NCBI RefSeq assembly: GCF_036321535.1
Contig: NC_087437.1
Location: forward strand, 113,276,001 to 113,340,000
Direction of reading: 5' to 3'
DNA: 64,000 nucleotides
Source: Camelus dromedarius
Taxonomy: Eukaryota
Part shown: in pieces, positions 62,827 to 64,000 of the stretch
How positions within the stretch are numbered: the stretch's first letter is position 1
How the letters are laid out: each line of letters starts with the position of its first letter
Made by a program: the position numbers and the translations under genes
The notes under the pieces: generated by a model
Database searches by the model: none
What the model was told of the DNA's origin: nothing
The model's input: the letters and a program-made list of their open reading frames with translations, nothing else

Positions 62827-63129
62827 GGGAGAGTGAGTGAGTGAGTGAAGTGATGGAGCTGGGAATCAAATCCGGGTCTGTCTGGCCCCAGTGACCAGGC
62901 ACTGCCTTCTGCTGGAACACAAGAACATCATCACGGCTGCCACTGATGGACCGCAAGCCCTCCAACAGATCCGTTAATGTAAATAAACGGCTGAGAGAAT
63001 AACAGAGTTGTTGCTCATCTGAAGCTCAGTTTCCTATGGATAAAAGTACTTTCTTCATAGAGATGTCTTAGGGTTTAAATAAGATGTGAAAGATACAAAA
63101 AAATTCACGTGTGTTACTGCACACTATAA

Positions 63130-63345
63130 AATGATTATGGCATGGGCTTTGGAGTTGGCTAAAACTAGGTTTGAGTCCTAAAACCTGCCTTTACTGGCTA
63201 TGTGGCCTGGGACAGGTTAATTGGCCTCCCCCTAGCCTCAGTTTCCACATCTGTAGAATGGGAGTAATAATAGTACCTATTTCATAGAGTCTTTGTAAAA
63301 AGATGAAATGATACACATTATACTTCAAGCATCTCATGTTAATGA
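63130..63345 (+). mobile_element. MIR SINE
   Basis: gcatgggctttggagt..ctaggtttgagtcct..ttactggctatgtggcctgggacaggttaatt..gcctcagtttccacatctgtagaatgggagtaataatagtaccta. Confidence 0.8.
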
Positions 63346-63867
63346 ATAGCAACTACTTATATTATCTGTGAAGTGAAGCAGAAAATTTAACAAAAAATAT
63401 AAAGGTGATAAAGTAAAGCAGACTACTGTTATATTGTGCAAAAAAAAAAAAATCCAAAGTAGCTTTCTGAATTAAATAACATTTCTGTCTTTTAATTCTG
63501 AATTCAGATCAACCTCAAATACCTCTTTCTATGGTGTTGATTATGACTACACATGGGAACTTCACACTGCACCTGCTGAAGTTAGTAATGAAAGGAAATG
63601 TACTGAACCTTCACAGTGTAAAAAGGGTTCAGTTTCCTGAGCTCTTGGTTCAAAAGTTCAGTGGCTAACAGCTTTTGCTACAAAACCCAGCTATAAACCT
63701 ATCAGGGAGGTATTTTATGTTAAGTATTGGTGTCTAAAATGATATTCTTTTAAGAGTTGAAGCTAAAACAAATCAGATGGGAAACTACCTTAAACATTTC
63801 TGAACAGTAGCTGCTCCAAGAAGTCAAAAAAGGTTACAGAGTAAAAAATGTACTAATAAACAGTTAC

Positions 63868-64000
63868 TGTGGTAGGCAGCCTGTAAGACAGCCCCCCAGG
63901 GACCTCCACCCCCCAGGATTCATGCCCTGGTGTAAGCCCCTGAGTGTGAGCTGCACTTACTGACTCACTTCTAACGAAGAGAATCCAGTAAAAGTGGTGG
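63868..64000 (+). mobile_element. MLT1F/G-like LTR, cut by the window end
   Basis: tgtggtaggcagcctgtaagacagcccccca..gattcatgccctggtgtaagccc..tgactcacttctaacgaagagaat. Confidence 0.75.

Noticed and set aside
63593..63638. Small hairpin aggaa..actgaacc...ggttcagt..ttcct
   Set aside because: Only ~46 nt with bulges, too short for a pre-miRNA, and no known mature miRNA recognised.
1..64000. Excess of plus-strand L1 and LTR fragments as evidence for a minus-strand host gene
   Set aside because: Counts are small and several L1s are on the minus strand, so the host gene and strand cannot be inferred.
1..64000. CRISPR arrays, operons or other prokaryotic systems
   Set aside because: The sequence is mammalian, and no regularly spaced repeat-spacer array or dense ORF structure is present.

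Overview
This is mammalian genomic DNA, most likely from a camelid (alpaca, llama or camel), judged from two tRNA-derived SINEs of the Vic-1 type and cetartiodactyl-style L1 3' ends. I found no intact protein-coding gene or recognisable coding exon, so the window looks intronic or intergenic, and almost all ORFs in the track are spurious or repeat-derived. The two gene-like objects are minus-strand processed pseudogenes. One is a near full-length TMEM167A (Kish-A) retrocopy with a single nonsense codon and about 1.26 kb of 3' UTR. The other is a more decayed RPL21 retrocopy with clear target-site duplications (TSDs). The rest is a dense mosaic of L1, L2, MIR, MLT1/ERV1 LTRs and hAT/Tigger fossils, several of them nested. 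The most notable items are a complete MER41-like ERV1 solo LTR carrying a GAS (STAT) motif, a 5'-inverted (twin-primed) L1 inside a Charlie element, a strong recursive-splice-site-like AG|GTAAG motif, a ~100 bp local duplication, and candidate regulatory patches (NRF1/E-box, CRE palindrome, CTCF). I cannot support a novel biological system. Repeat family names come from recall of consensus sequences, and repeat boundaries are approximate unless TSDs are given.
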